From the IMG/VR virus record IMGVR_UViG_3300010354_000053, positions 1-64,000 of that record: a stretch of DNA of 64,000 nt; one strand, 5' to 3'. Under the pieces are notes generated by a model that worked only from the letters and a program-made list of their open reading frames with translations, was not told the DNA's origin and searched no databases. Both the position numbers and the translations under genes were made by a program. Positions 55,268 through 64,000 of the stretch are shown piece after piece; within the stretch, counting starts at the first letter, position 1, and each line of letters opens with the position of its first letter. This DNA comes from a virus.

Positions 55268-57193
55268 ATGGCAAAAGCGCAAAATATATATTTTCCATTC
55301 TTTGTCAGAAGACGATGGGAAAAAGATACACAAATCATTCCATACTTTAAAATCAATAATCTTTTTCTTGATCAAAACAAAGATAAAGATAAAAAATATC
55401 TAGTTTTTTATAATAAGAAAAACATTGAAAAAATCAAACAGATAAAAACTAATCGATACATACCGTTTGTGCAGCCGACGAATGACTTTTTGCCACAAAC
55501 TACATTTGTGATTGATTTCGATTTAAAAGAACATTTGCCAGAAATCACGCAAAAAATTGTGAATGGTTTTTCTAAACTTAATTCAATTTTAAACGGTAAA
55601 TGTCTGTTAGTCAACAGCTCTAGTGGTGTCGGCTGGCATATTATTTTTGTAGCGAACGGAAATATAGAACCTAAAAACTATCAACAGTTACAAAAAGATA
55701 TAATACAAAGTTTATTTAACGATATTCAAGATTATATTGATTTCAACGCATCGTTATCTAAAAAACAAGGTTTTTATCATCTTGCGTATTTTCCAGAGTG
55801 GATTGAGAATGGATATATTAATATCACTAAACGAGAGCAGGGAAGAAATAGAAACTTTTGGACTTCGAAGATTGCGCTTGATTCTTTTGAAATCCATTCT
55901 TTGCAAGATAATTTAATCCCATTTGAAAAACGCGATTTCTATAGATTAGATAATGATCTGAAAAAAACTATAGAATTTATAGAACGAGCATCAACATTTA
56001 ATAATCAAACTGTAAAAAACCAATATGCGAGTAGATTTATTAATATTATTGGTTGTATTTCTCAGTCTTCAAATTTTCAAATTAGATCTTTGCTTAGTAA
56101 GCATAATGTTTCAAATATTCGAAAAACCCATCCACTAAGTGCAGATTTTTTATCGAAGGCTGCTCTATCTATTTCTAGATACACTCAATATTATAGAGAG
56201 TTTGATAGTTTTCTAAATCCAGAAGAACAAATTGAACCCGTTGAAGACTTCAGCCGGTTAATACTCTTATCTAAAGAGATCAATTTTAATAAATCGGTAA
56301 ACAAATATTTTGGGACTGGGAAAATAGATAAGGCGTTTTATTTTGAATCGGAAATCAAATTCTTAGATAATCTTTTTATTGATTGTCTACAAATTTCATT
56401 AATCAAAAATCCAGAAAAATGCCTACAGATTTTAGAAAAAAACATTCAACTTATTGATGAAAAACAGATTGTTGTTGAGGCTCAAACAATTAAGCGATTC
56501 ATTAAATTTGTGTTTGAAATAAAACAACTTGAGAAAAAAATTCATACTCAAAAAAATAATTTTATTCTGAATGATGAATTGGTTGAAGATTTTCTGAAAA
56601 AAGTTTTTGAAAATGATTACAAAAACCTTTCTATTTCTAAACAAAACGAACAAACTTTAAAAAAAATCTGGCGTGTAGAAAAAGAATGGCTAATGAAAGG
56701 TTTTAAACAACTTTTAGCGTTTATTTTACATTTAAAAATGGCCGAAAATAATCTTTTTATTGATATTGGTCTAGAAGATTTTAAACAATTTTGGAATACA
56801 CATGAAAGAAAAGCCACTGCGTTACGCCAATTGCTTATGCCTAGCCTATCAAAAGATATTAATGAGTATAAAGCACACTGGAAACGCCGGGGTTTCATGA
56901 TTGATTGGAAGTTGATAGAAAATTTCTGCTCTACGGGATTTGTTTTTACACCGCAATATCTAGCAACAAGATTAGGCAATGGTAACACGTGGAGTATCAT
57001 TCGCGTTTATGCTAAACCCTTAGTTATCAATCACGGTTTACATGAAGCTTGCAAAATATTTAATGAGGCTTTATGGTTATCAGAGGCAAAGAATAAAAAA
57101 CAGCGGATCAGAGAATTTGCTCTTTTCGCTAGAAAAATATCTAGGCAATTACAGGAACAGCGATGCAAATCACAAGTGCAGACGGCAGAATAG
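55268..57193 (+). CDS. Large protein with N-terminal AEP (primase-polymerase)-like motifs
   Basis: VIDFD and SSSGVGWH (AEP motifs I and II), plus a later D (YIDFN); divergent from sbcD; very AT-rich. Confidence 0.55.
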   Translation: MAKAQNIYFPFFVRRRWEKDTQIIPYFKINNLFLDQNKDKDKKYLVFYNKKNIEKIKQIKTNRYIPFVQPTNDFLPQTTFVIDFDLKEHLPEITQKIVNGFSKLNSILNGKCLLVNSSSGVGWHIIFVANGNIEPKNYQQLQKDIIQSLFNDIQDYIDFNASLSKKQGFYHLAYFPEWIENGYINITKREQGRNRNFWTSKIALDSFEIHSLQDNLIPFEKRDFYRLDNDLKKTIEFIERASTFNNQTVKNQYASRFINIIGCISQSSNFQIRSLLSKHNVSNIRKTHPLSADFLSKAALSISRYTQYYREFDSFLNPEEQIEPVEDFSRLILLSKEINFNKSVNKYFGTGKIDKAFYFESEIKFLDNLFIDCLQISLIKNPEKCLQILEKNIQLIDEKQIVVEAQTIKRFIKFVFEIKQLEKKIHTQKNNFILNDELVEDFLKKVFENDYKNLSISKQNEQTLKKIWRVEKEWLMKGFKQLLAFILHLKMAENNLFIDIGLEDFKQFWNTHERKATALRQLLMPSLSKDINEYKAHWKRRGFMIDWKLIENFCSTGFVFTPQYLATRLGNGNTWSIIRVYAKPLVINHGLHEACKIFNEALWLSEAKNKKQRIREFALFARKISRQLQEQRCKSQVQTAE

Positions 57194-57861
57194 TGATAAT
57201 GATCACGGACGATATTTATAATAAAAGCATTTATCCGCAGTGCGATTTTAGCATCATTGAATTGCCCCTTGAGTCCAAAGACGCTAAAAAAATGTACCAG
57301 CAGCTGTATAAAACTCAAAAAAATAACCATATTTCCCTTCAATACAGCAGACTTCCAAAAAAACTGCGCCTCAAAGCTATGAGCAATGTTTATTTGGGCG
57401 ATGAAATTGGTTTTAAATTTTATGATTATATAACAATTGTTTCGCAGCAGCCGTGTAGGCAGCCTCCTAATCATTTATCCCCACTTGGAGAAGTCGGCAT
57501 CTTATTTACTAAGAACGAAGAGCCGAATACTAAAACAACCAACTGGTTTAATCCCGAAATTGGCGATTGCACAAACGTTTGGGATGTTAGTTTTCAGCCA
57601 AAAGAGGGAAGCGGGCAGACTGTATCAAAAAAATTTGCGTGGGAGATAGGTTATCTTTTAGCAAATTTAGCGAGTCCGCTCATTTGTAGAAAATTTTTAA
57701 TACTGGGTCTGCCTGAGTTGTCAATGGCAAGGTTTGCATTACATTCAAACTTGCAAATGTATGCAATAACTTCAGATGAGTTTACGGCTAATAAAATTAT
57801 CAAAGATTATGATAAGGCGTGTAAAAGCGAGGTACAGGATAAATCATGGCAAAAGAAATAA
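57163..57861 (+). CDS. Hypothetical protein, degenerate DNA amino-methyltransferase-like
   Basis: E..ILFTK, TNVWDV and F..EI..LL layout resembles beta-class MTases, but DPPY and FxGxG are absent. Confidence 0.35.
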   Translation: MQITSADGRIVIMITDDIYNKSIYPQCDFSIIELPLESKDAKKMYQQLYKTQKNNHISLQYSRLPKKLRLKAMSNVYLGDEIGFKFYDYITIVSQQPCRQPPNHLSPLGEVGILFTKNEEPNTKTTNWFNPEIGDCTNVWDVSFQPKEGSGQTVSKKFAWEIGYLLANLASPLICRKFLILGLPELSMARFALHSNLQMYAITSDEFTANKIIKDYDKACKSEVQDKSWQKK

Positions 57862-59456
57862 AATATGGACACGAGGCAAGAAATAAAGCCGTTCAAGCAT
57901 TGGAAGAAATTTCCTATATTGTTGGCAGTACTCTTGGGCCTGGTGGTAAAACTGTTCTTTTAAGTCGTCGTAATTCTGCCGATGAAATTTCTGTTTCTCA
58001 TACTAAAGACGGGTTTAATGTATTAAACAGTTTGCGTTATACCGATCCGGTATTTGACGCCGTGCATAAACTTTGCCTACAGGCTAGTGCAAACTCGGTT
58101 GTGTCATCCGGAGACGGCACAACTTCAACTATTGTAATGGCTGCAGCTTTTGCTAAGGCTCTGGTCAATAGTGGAAATAATCCACAGGCGGCAGCTCGAA
58201 AGTTTCGCAAAGAAATTCAAAATGCTATAGAGGCTATTAAAAGCGAAGCTGTGGCTAGTGATGAAGCAGTTTATAAAGTGGCGCTTACTAGTGCTAACGG
58301 AGATGAGGAGCTTACTAAGTTTGTAATGGATGCAGTATCTCAAAGCTCAGCTTATGGAACTGTAATTGTAGAAAAGAACCCTATGTCTAAAGATCCTTAT
58401 AGGATTGATAAGGAATACGGTTACCAAGCTGGCACAGGATACAGCTATTATCTGCCATTTGCGCAAAGCATTCGACCAAACTTAGCAAATAATGCCGAGT
58501 TTACTCTTAAAAAATGCCATGTATTGCCATATAACGGCGACCTAATGATGATGTCTCAAGTTAAGCCAATGCTGGAGTCTTTAGCAAGAAATGCAACCGG
58601 TGGATGGAACTTATTGATTATTTGTCATCAGATTGCTGAAGATTTGGCTGCAAATTTGGCATTTTTTAATCGACAAAACCCTAATGCAAAAGTGTTTGTT
58701 GTAAGAACCACGCCCTCGGCAGAGCTGAATGGGCAGGTCCAACAACTTAATGATATTGCCTCGTATACTGGGGCAAAAGTTATGGATGGGGGCAGTTTAA
58801 CTCACTTGGTGATAGAAGATTTTGGCGACTGCCAGTCAGTTCGGATTGGACCACATAAAACTTTCATCTTAGGCAAATCTGAACGTAATTGGATTATTGA
58901 GCGAGCAGAACAAAATGAAGAATCGGCTCGCCTAGCACCAAGCCAAATGGATCGTGACATCATTCATTCCCGTAATGCATCGCTGACTGGTGGTTGTGTC
59001 AAGCTTATTATTGGCGGTTCGTTAATGAGTGATCTACAAGAACGAGCCGACCGTGCTGATGACGCTATTAAAGCTTCGCAAGCTTGTTCACGCTCAGGAG
59101 CTCTGCCGGGCTGCGGTGCATCGTACATGCGAGCGGGGCAGCAAGCTAAGGTTTCTGAATCCGTACAGACAGCGCTTGCGAGCATTCATAATGTGATTAT
59201 GACAAATTTTGGCGAAACGCCTATGAAGCATTTTGATAAAAATCAAACATATTATATTACCGACAATGATATCCAAAAGGTCGAAAACTTTTTAGACCAT
59301 GGAGTTGCTGATAGTTTTGAAACTATTCGGTCAGTTATCACAAACGCCTTTGAACTAGGTTTGTTGGTGACAAATTTAGGTGGATATAGCCTTGAAGCAG
59401 ATTTAGATCAAATGGAGCAGGCGGCAAGGGCTAAAGAAATTTTAAGAGGCGTATAG
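57846..59456 (+). CDS. groEL: Phage GroEL-like chaperonin
   Basis: AKEIKYG..AR, TLGPGG, TKDG, GDGTTS, SANGD, ERADRADDA, LPGCG. Confidence 0.9.
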   Translation: MAKEIKYGHEARNKAVQALEEISYIVGSTLGPGGKTVLLSRRNSADEISVSHTKDGFNVLNSLRYTDPVFDAVHKLCLQASANSVVSSGDGTTSTIVMAAAFAKALVNSGNNPQAAARKFRKEIQNAIEAIKSEAVASDEAVYKVALTSANGDEELTKFVMDAVSQSSAYGTVIVEKNPMSKDPYRIDKEYGYQAGTGYSYYLPFAQSIRPNLANNAEFTLKKCHVLPYNGDLMMMSQVKPMLESLARNATGGWNLLIICHQIAEDLAANLAFFNRQNPNAKVFVVRTTPSAELNGQVQQLNDIASYTGAKVMDGGSLTHLVIEDFGDCQSVRIGPHKTFILGKSERNWIIERAEQNEESARLAPSQMDRDIIHSRNASLTGGCVKLIIGGSLMSDLQERADRADDAIKASQACSRSGALPGCGASYMRAGQQAKVSESVQTALASIHNVIMTNFGETPMKHFDKNQTYYITDNDIQKVENFLDHGVADSFETIRSVITNAFELGLLVTNLGGYSLEADLDQMEQAARAKEILRGV

Positions 59457-59463
59457 TATTATA

Positions 59464-59715
59464 ATGAAAAAGAAATTTTCTGCAAAAATTGAGTTTTTGT
59501 TACCAGATGATTTTGAAGGCTCGTACCTTGAAGCGTTGAGAGAATATGTTGGGTATTTAGAGAAGAACGGATCGGAGGAAACAAACATTCCACAGTTTCT
59601 GCCAGAAGATTGGCACTTTGCGTTTTCATTAGGGCAGGGAAAGAAATCCTGCCATAGCTATTCAATAGAATTATTCGGAGTAGATGTTCAGGAATTAGAA
59701 GAATATCTCGATTAA
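59464..59715 (+). CDS. Hypothetical protein
   Basis: 83 aa directly after groEL; no GroES motifs recognised. Confidence 0.55.
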   Translation: MKKKFSAKIEFLLPDDFEGSYLEALREYVGYLEKNGSEETNIPQFLPEDWHFAFSLGQGKKSCHSYSIELFGVDVQELEEYLD

Positions 59716-59727
59716 TTAATAAAAAGA

Positions 59728-59738
59728 TGTGATATACT
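59728..59738 (+). promoter_or_regulatory. Extended -10-like element TGTGATATACT
   Basis: Matches TRTGnTAnnnT, 40 nt upstream of a gene with an AAGGAG RBS. Confidence 0.45.
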
Positions 59739-59778
59739 TTTATAGTGTTTTTTCACACACACAAAGGAGTATTTTGTT

Positions 59779-61626
59779 ATGCAGATTAAAAAGAAGTTTA
59801 TTAAGAATAATGCAGTTGATGGTGCGAAACTGCTTCTTCTTAACGATCAATCCGTTCGCGCCCTAGACGCTAGCGATAACGTTGTTGAGCTCATGAAGCT
59901 AGATGCTTCTGGCGATCTTCGTATGCTAGTTCTTCCAAAGGCATCCGTTGACCCTTCAGATGCAGAGCATCTAGCTCGTAAAGGCTATGTTGATACCGAA
60001 GTTTCTGGTGCGTTAAGCTCCGCAAACAGCTATACAGATGCACAGATTGCAGCAACTGTTGGTGCAGCTCCTGATCTTCTAAATACATTGCAAGAACTTT
60101 CAGCAGCTCTTGGCGATGATGAAAACTTTGCTTCAACAATCGCAAGCCAAATTAGTGCTCTTGATGGCAGACTAGATACACTAGAAGGCGACGAAAGCGT
60201 TGCTGACTCTGTTGAGCAACGAATTTCTGAGCGTCTTAACCCATCTGATTCACGCAGATTCCTCTATGTAGACCTTACTGCTCCCGGCGGTTGGCATAAA
60301 GAATCTGAAAGTCTTTCATATACGCCAGATGGTACTGTTTTTAAGCCATTCAATACCATCCAAGCCGCTATTAACCATGGCTATACTCAACTAGATGACA
60401 TGACTTACGGAAATAGTGATGCAAATCATGACTTCGTAGTCGTTATTCGTGCGCTTGCTGCTGGAGATAGCACTGGTGCAAACGTAAGTATGCAAACTGG
60501 TAATAACGCTAGACCTCTTAGTATTAGTATTGACCCAGATGCAATTCGTACTGCGGCTGGCCTGAATGCTCTTTCTGCTGCTGGCGGCGGAAAATGTACA
60601 ATCATGGTCGAAGATGGTTTAATTAACGGTATTATTCCAATTAAACTAGTTGGTACAATCACAATTGCTGGTGCAAATACTACTCGTATTAAAATGAAGA
60701 ATATCTTCATTGAAGCTCCGGGCGGTGTTAATAATACAGTGCTAACTATCAACGGTACTGCTGGTCGCCACTATTTCGAAAATTGCGGTTTTTCTGGTAC
60801 CGTCCAATTTTCTGGTGCATGGCGCCGTTGGCATGATTTCACAAATGGCTACCACTATGGTCTAAAAATGCAAGGTACTCCTGCAGCAGACCAGAGTGTT
60901 TCGTTGAATCAAGAACAAGCTCTTGCTCAACAGCTTGTAGACTGCGGTACTCTTGTAGTTAATAACTGTGAAAGAATCCACTCTGTTGTTCATAATGCGG
61001 GTATTGTTTCTATTGCAAAATCTGCATTTACAAACGTTGCTGGTTTGGTGTCTTCGGCTGCAAGCCCTGGTGCTCTCTACCTAAGAGACGTTATGTTACA
61101 TAACGGAGCTGCTTATTGTGCATTAACAAAAACCGGTTCTGCTCCTTATTTGTTCACCAACGTCACAAGATCAGCCGCTGCAGAAAATGTTGCCGCTGGT
61201 ACGCGAATGGCTCTTGGTGCATCTGCAGGCGACTTTAAATTCGTTCCAGCTTCTGTTGGCGATTGGACAGTTGCAGCGGGCGGAGAAGCTTCTGTTAAGT
61301 CTGCACTTGATGAGCTAAAATCCCAAGTTGTTTCTTCGTTGAATCAATTGGCAGATATTACGTGGGTTTCAGGAAGCTTTGAAATCACTGCACAAATGAT
61401 TGCTGATGGATATGTTGATTTAGGATTTGGCGCAGAATATGCAGAGGGCTCTCTAGTAGCGTTTATAGACAGACTAGCTATCCATGAAGGCGATGATTTT
61501 TCTTTGATCAATCTTGGCGACAATTGGAGAATGGCGTTTGATGGAAGTTTACTACCCGGTGGCGAGGAAGCACTTGCTGAGGGCGATAAAATTCGCATTA
61601 AATACCAGACCAGATCTGTTATCTAA
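59779..61626 (+). CDS. Virion fibre/decoration-like protein
   Basis: ARKGYVD and GAAPDLLNTLQELSAALGDDENFA fibre motifs; central beta-helix-like region. Confidence 0.65.
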   Translation: MQIKKKFIKNNAVDGAKLLLLNDQSVRALDASDNVVELMKLDASGDLRMLVLPKASVDPSDAEHLARKGYVDTEVSGALSSANSYTDAQIAATVGAAPDLLNTLQELSAALGDDENFASTIASQISALDGRLDTLEGDESVADSVEQRISERLNPSDSRRFLYVDLTAPGGWHKESESLSYTPDGTVFKPFNTIQAAINHGYTQLDDMTYGNSDANHDFVVVIRALAAGDSTGANVSMQTGNNARPLSISIDPDAIRTAAGLNALSAAGGGKCTIMVEDGLINGIIPIKLVGTITIAGANTTRIKMKNIFIEAPGGVNNTVLTINGTAGRHYFENCGFSGTVQFSGAWRRWHDFTNGYHYGLKMQGTPAADQSVSLNQEQALAQQLVDCGTLVVNNCERIHSVVHNAGIVSIAKSAFTNVAGLVSSAASPGALYLRDVMLHNGAAYCALTKTGSAPYLFTNVTRSAAAENVAAGTRMALGASAGDFKFVPASVGDWTVAAGGEASVKSALDELKSQVVSSLNQLADITWVSGSFEITAQMIADGYVDLGFGAEYAEGSLVAFIDRLAIHEGDDFSLINLGDNWRMAFDGSLLPGGEEALAEGDKIRIKYQTRSVI

Positions 61627-61637
61627 TTCGGTATAGT

Positions 61638-61675
61638 AAAAAAAAACCCCACCAAGAAATTGGTGGGGTTTTTTT
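61638..61675. terminator. Bidirectional rho-independent terminator
   Basis: A9-CCCCACCAA-GAAA-TTGGTGGGG-T7 between convergent genes. Confidence 0.9.
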
Positions 61676-61694
61676 GTTTATGAAACACTTCAAA

Positions 61695-62849
61695 TTAGCT
61701 GGCTGAAATCAAGTCAATCGAAAAACAAGAATCCGGCATCATTTTAATAAGATGCGCCCCTTCCGATCTCATTTGAATCGAAATCGTCCCGGCGGATGTT
61801 ATTCTAAAAACACCATCGCCTATAACCAAAAAATTTGTGTTTGCAGCTGGCGCTGATTGAGAAACAACGTTTGTTGTTAAACCTGTTTGGTCATAAGAAA
61901 ATGTACTATTTGTTCCGTCGGCAGCTTGTGAAATATTCCAGAACGCGAAGCAGGTAGAAATACCCGCATCTGTTCCGTCAATACGCACACCAACGCCATT
62001 TGTTGCTGTGCTGCTCTGCATCAATCCCCAGAATTTAAATTTATACAGACCTATTGGCAAACTAGCAGAAGTCAATTCGCTGATCGAGCTGTAAGATGTT
62101 GAAGATGTAGTAATTTCGGTATTCAAAAAATAATTATAACGTTGCCCGAATCCAGTACCACCAACTTTGTTATCTACATAGGCTTTAATGGCATCAACAG
62201 ATGGAGACTGATCTGTTTCGTTACCAGAAGTTGAATTCACAACAACCGCTTCGGTTGCCCTGGTAGCAGAGAAGTACAAATTAGTATCGCCTTCTGAAAT
62301 ATTATCTGTATTAATAGATACGTTATTACTTACCGGCAATACGTTATTTACACTTTTTACTACATCGACATCATTAGCTTTTAAAGCTAGAGCGTCAAAG
62401 ACTGCGTTTTGCGACGGGGCAATATTAGTTACGCCGTCAGTGATACTATCTGATATTGCGGTATCTCCGGTGGCAATTATTACATCTCCGGTCAGTCCGT
62501 TTACAGAAGTTACTGGTGCGGATGGATATGGAGGAAGTTGTTCTACGGGTACAAAGCCTGTTGAATCCAGTGTAGCTACACCATTTGCAACTCCCTTTTC
62601 ACTTGCTTGAACTGTTCCGTCAGCAGTATTTAGGCGCTGCCACTCTGTTCCACTAAAAATAATCCAATCCCCAACCTCCCAATTTGATTCATTATCTATA
62701 GAGGTTGAGCCGGCTTGAGAAACTATGTAATAATTTCCTTTTTTCCCAATTCCCGATGTTAACTCTGGATTATTAGATGAGGCGTCCCAAGTCCCTTTAA
62801 AATCAAAAACTCCAAGTTTATTTGCTCCAAATTTTTGAATAAAACTCAT
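61695..62849 (-). CDS. Virion structural / fibre-like protein
   Basis: FKGTWDAS.N.P..G.YY.VS.AG..W.VGDW; KGVANGVATLD; VTSVNG.TG.V; TDNISEG.TNLYF. Confidence 0.7.
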   Translation of the reverse strand: MSFIQKFGANKLGVFDFKGTWDASSNNPELTSGIGKKGNYYIVSQAGSTSIDNESNWEVGDWIIFSGTEWQRLNTADGTVQASEKGVANGVATLDSTGFVPVEQLPPYPSAPVTSVNGLTGDVIIATGDTAISDSITDGVTNIAPSQNAVFDALALKANDVDVVKSVNNVLPVSNNVSINTDNISEGDTNLYFSATRATEAVVVNSTSGNETDQSPSVDAIKAYVDNKVGGTGFGQRYNYFLNTEITTSSTSYSSISELTSASLPIGLYKFKFWGLMQSSTATNGVGVRIDGTDAGISTCFAFWNISQAADGTNSTFSYDQTGLTTNVVSQSAPAANTNFLVIGDGVFRITSAGTISIQMRSEGAHLIKMMPDSCFSIDLISAS

Positions 62850-62930
62850 TTTTTGCCTCTTATCATGTTACTAAAATATAAATATCATAAATATGATATC
62901 ATTAAATAATAAAAAAAAGGATTTACTGAA

Positions 62931-63335
62931 ATGTTTGGAATCCAACCAATTGAGTATTTTAGCAACATAAATGATTTTACTTTCATAAAAAGTTGGGAAG
63001 TATCTAGTGGTAGTCCGACCACTTTATACTTCATTTTAACAAAAACCGACGGTTTAGGGAATAGAAGATTTATTATAGACAATTCAACGACAGTCAACGT
63101 TGCGTTTTTACGATCTAGGCCGGCAAAAAGCGGGGAAACCGCTAAAACTATTTCAAAAACTGCAACCGTAGTATCACCTAATGATAAATCGTTATTTCAA
63201 ATAACTTTATCTGCAGATGACGCGGCTACTATTCTTTCGGGTTCTGTACAGTTAATTGTGACAATCGGTGGCGCTCAAAACAAGAGTAGTGTGCCGTATA
63301 TTGTGAAAAAGAGCATTTCTTCCCCAGGATTTTAG
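62931..63335 (+). CDS. Hypothetical protein, probably virion-associated
   Basis: AAGGA RBS; beta-rich 134 aa. Confidence 0.6.
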   Translation: MFGIQPIEYFSNINDFTFIKSWEVSSGSPTTLYFILTKTDGLGNRRFIIDNSTTVNVAFLRSRPAKSGETAKTISKTATVVSPNDKSLFQITLSADDAATILSGSVQLIVTIGGAQNKSSVPYIVKKSISSPGF

Positions 63336-63385
63336 TGTATAATTTTTTGTAGTTTAACACTCTTTCTTTACAGAGGTATTTTAAT

Positions 63386-63913
63386 ATGGCTAGTCCACGT
63401 TTTTCCAAAGTTGCTAAACAGCTCGAAGACAATCTAAAAAACCTTGGCTATTCAAAAGCTAAGGCTAAAGTTGTTTCTCTTGATTCTGATGGCAATGTTA
63501 TTGCTTGGTTGAATCTTTCTTCTGCAGGTTCAGCGGCTGGTGATCTTCAATGCTTCCTCCGTTTCAAGGCTTGGGAAGTTGCTGGTCTTCAATGGCCGGA
63601 TTCAATGAAAACTCAACTCCATGCTGCTGGCCAATTTGCTGAAGGTGCTGCTTTAGTTGAACTCATCGTTGAATCTCCAGCGGCAACGCCTGCTGCTGGT
63701 GGACTTCATAAGTTCCTTCCAGATGTACTTCATGTTCTTCGCGGCCAAAACGGCGCTGCAGTTAAGTTAAAACAAACTGCTGCCGGAACTGCTCCTGCTC
63801 TTGCTCCAAGTGGAGCCCTTGCAACTGCTGCCGCAACATGGGATGCTGCAGGTGTTGAAGTCGGTGTGCTTATGCCTTATGGCCGCGGCACTGCTCCTGG
63901 TTCTTTGGCCTAA
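63386..63913 (+). CDS. Hypothetical Ala-rich protein, probably highly expressed
   Basis: GAGG RBS; strong GCT/GGT/CTT codon bias; own promoter-like and terminator-like flanks. Confidence 0.7.
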   Translation: MASPRFSKVAKQLEDNLKNLGYSKAKAKVVSLDSDGNVIAWLNLSSAGSAAGDLQCFLRFKAWEVAGLQWPDSMKTQLHAAGQFAEGAALVELIVESPAATPAAGGLHKFLPDVLHVLRGQNGAAVKLKQTAAGTAPALAPSGALATAAATWDAAGVEVGVLMPYGRGTAPGSLA

Positions 63914-63916
63914 TTT

Positions 63917-63943
63917 AGTGGGCCGAAAGGCCCATTTATTTTT
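63917..63943 (+). terminator. Terminator-like hairpin
   Basis: TGGGCC-GAAA-GGCCCA followed by TTTATTTTT. Confidence 0.65.
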
Positions 63944-63963
63944 AAAACATGAGGTAGATAAGC

Positions 63964-64000
63964 ATGGCTCTTTTAACCCCTGAAGTAAAAAAACTTCTAA
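63964..64000 (+). CDS. Start of a CDS running off the window
   Basis: GAGG RBS then MALLTPEVKKLL. Confidence 0.5.
   Translation, partial: MALLTPEVKKLL

Noticed and set aside
59464-59715. GroES co-chaperonin
   Set aside because: Size and position fit, but there is no PL.DRV or mobile-loop-like motif
1-64000. tRNA/rRNA genes, prophage att sites or host genes
   Set aside because: Intergenic gaps are short with no cloverleaf seen; recA, groEL, dnaE and sbcCD are highly divergent and embedded among phage genes, so they are treated as phage-encoded

Overview
This window is a 64-kb, gene-dense, AT-rich segment of a large myovirus-type (probably jumbo) bacteriophage genome in the standard genetic code. 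No tRNA, rRNA, CRISPR array, integrase or transposase was seen. Positions 1-36.4 kb form one minus-strand virion module: about 20 mosaic tail-fibre, tail-collar and C1q-type genes, an embedded 2OG-Fe(II) oxygenase-like gene, and very large baseplate genes including a 2323-aa baseplate-J-like protein. Positions 36.5-40 kb carry a DnaE-type polymerase that stops just after its HhH motif. The missing C-terminal part (GAFD helix plus OB fold) appears to be a separate gene about 11.4 kb away on the opposite strand, with no intein. Next come a holin/M15 endolysin/unusual spanin-like lysis cassette and an amidoligase plus LMW-phosphatase pair. A long minus-strand replication/recombination operon follows (SbcD, SbcC, DnaE-C, HNH, gp32-like SSB, UvsY-like, RecA). 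It runs directly into a candidate DNA (thymidine) hypermodification cluster: FAD oxidase, amino-acid:DNA transferase-like protein, P-loop kinase and dCMP deaminase. The right end holds an AEP-like primase, a degenerate methyltransferase-like gene, a GroEL-like chaperonin and further virion genes. All family calls come from motif recognition by eye; no database searches were run.
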